From the IMG/VR virus record IMGVR_UViG_3300042542_004122, positions 8,162 through 72,161 of that record: 64,000 nucleotides of DNA. The stretch is one strand, 5' to 3'. The position numbers were made by a program, and so were the translations under genes. Source of the DNA: a virus. The notes beneath the pieces were generated by a model that saw only the letters and a list, made by a program, of their open reading frames with translations, made no database searches and had not been told where the DNA came from. Shown in pieces: positions 62,817-64,000 of the stretch; within the stretch, counting starts at the first letter, position 1; each line of letters starts with the position of its first letter.

Positions 62817-64000
62817 ATGATTGCACCAGGCACAAAGCCAGTTCACTTTTATCTTAGTGAAAAATTCAAAAAAGACTTAAAAGCAGCTACAGAACAGTGG
62901 GGTTTCGGAGGTCTATCCGCCTTTACTTTCTATAGAACATACTCTAGAAAGAAAGCAAACGGAACCATGGAAACATGGGCAGACTGCGTTATCAGAGTAA
63001 TAGAAGGAATGTTTACCATTCTTAAGACTCACGCTAAGCTATCACACATTCCTTGGAATGATAAAAAGGCTGCAAAGCACGCTGAAGAAGCTGCTACTCG
63101 TATGTTTGAATTTAAATGGCTACCACCTGGACGCGGTCTATGGATGATGGGAACTCCCTTTGTGTGGGAAAAAGGCGGTGCCTGCTTAAATAACTGTGCA
63201 TTCGTTTCCACCGAGAATATCGAAACCGAGCTATCTAAGCCTTTCGCATTCCTGATGGATATGTCAATGGTTGGAGTAGGTGTAGGATTTGATACTAAGG
63301 GCGCTGATAGACTACCTGTCAACATGCCATCTGGAAAGACTGTAGAGACCGTAGTAGTAGACGATTCAAGAGAAGGATGGGTAGAAGCTATCTCTTGCCT
63401 AATCGATTCATATCTTGAGCCGGATTCTAATCCAGTAGAGATTAATACATCTCTAGTTCGTCCATACGGAGATCCTATTGCCGGATTTGGTGGAGTAGCT
63501 TCTGGACCTGAACCTCTAGAACAAGGCTTCTATGGTATTCGCGATGTTCTTGAAAAGAGAGCCATGAGCGATGATAATCTACTATCTTCTACAGATATAG
63601 TAGATATTATGAACCTAATTGGTAAAATAGTAGTCGCTGGAAATGTTCGCAGAACAGCAGAGATCGCCTTTGCAGAGCCTGACGATCAAGACTTTATTGA
63701 GATGAAGCGTTGGGATAAGTTTGGAGTAGAGACTGGCAGTATCGCTCCACCAGAGCTAAAAGCTATATCAGAAGAAGAATACGAGAGATACAATAATGAC
63801 TGGAATGCACGTGGTGAAATCGCTAAGAAATATGCTAACTATGAATGGTCTTATAAATTTGGGGGTTGGCGTTGGGCTTCTAATAATTCTCTTTTTGCCT
63901 ATGTTGGAATGGATTATACTGATGCGGCTAAGAGTATTGCAGTAAATGGTGAGCCAGGTTTTGCTTGGCTTGACAATATGCAAAAATATGGTCGTATGAA
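62817..64000 (+). CDS. nrdJ: class II (B12-dependent) ribonucleotide reductase, partial
   Basis: Not in the track because it runs off the edge. Hand translation: FYRTYSR...PPGRGLW...LNNC...GVGVGFD...DSREGW...FGGVASGP...VVAGNVRR...NGEPG. Confidence 0.92.
   Translation, partial: MIAPGTKPVHFYLSEKFKKDLKAATEQWGFGGLSAFTFYRTYSRKKANGTMETWADCVIRVIEGMFTILKTHAKLSHIPWNDKKAAKHAEEAATRMFEFKWLPPGRGLWMMGTPFVWEKGGACLNNCAFVSTENIETELSKPFAFLMDMSMVGVGVGFDTKGADRLPVNMPSGKTVETVVVDDSREGWVEAISCLIDSYLEPDSNPVEINTSLVRPYGDPIAGFGGVASGPEPLEQGFYGIRDVLEKRAMSDDNLLSSTDIVDIMNLIGKIVVAGNVRRTAEIAFAEPDDQDFIEMKRWDKFGVETGSIAPPELKAISEEEYERYNNDWNARGEIAKKYANYEWSYKFGGWRWASNNSLFAYVGMDYTDAAKSIAVNGEPGFAWLDNMQKYGRM

Noticed and set aside
63029-63983. 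Minus-strand ORFs 63029-63325 and 63768-63983
   Set aside because: Antisense shadows of nrdJ. The same applies to the short antisense ORFs within pstS, fecR, the cyclase, GT, ligase, helicase and D13 genes.
1-64000. Genome-wide TAG recoding
   Set aside because: Long genes are intact under the standard code and some use TAG as stop. The only meaningful in-frame TAG seen is in the 3378-3443 leader.

Overview
This is 64 kb of a large, AT-rich lytic phage genome with T5-like (Demerecviridae-like) organisation. The right end carries the NAD ligase, D5, DnaB-like helicase, primase, PolA, D10, D11, D12, D13 and class II RNR genes. The host is probably an aquatic alphaproteobacterium, inferred from a permuted two-piece tmRNA with an ANDN...LAA tag, a ROSE element and many leaderless genes. 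Positions 1-22 kb (minus strand) hold about 32 tRNA/tRNA-like genes, a GOLLD-like giant ncRNA with an embedded tRNA-like domain, several unassigned structured RNAs, auxiliary genes (pstS with Pho box, ahpC, iscA, two SAM-decarboxylase-like genes, BI-1/YccA, SGNH hydrolase, carbamoyltransferase) and a lysis cassette. At 22-30 kb there is a plus-strand autotransporter/CsgF/CsgG/curlin/FecR/CHASE2-cyclase island. The 30-45 kb stretch has IF-1, an MT-A70 MTase, RNase H, HNH, Hsp20, Fpg, bS21, tmRNA and a glycosyltransferase cluster. The top candidate for an undescribed system is 2810-3530, four adjacent minus-strand elements. (1) An amber-suppressor tRNA(CUA). (2) A leader ORF MFKQTA-amber-ARGPP... 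whose RGPP arrest-like motif abuts an anti-SD hairpin masking the next RBS. (3) A basic 139-aa protein. (4) A D-armless, pseudoknotted tRNA-Tyr-like RNA with nearly the same anticodon arm as the suppressor. All calls are by eye; no searches or folding programs were run.
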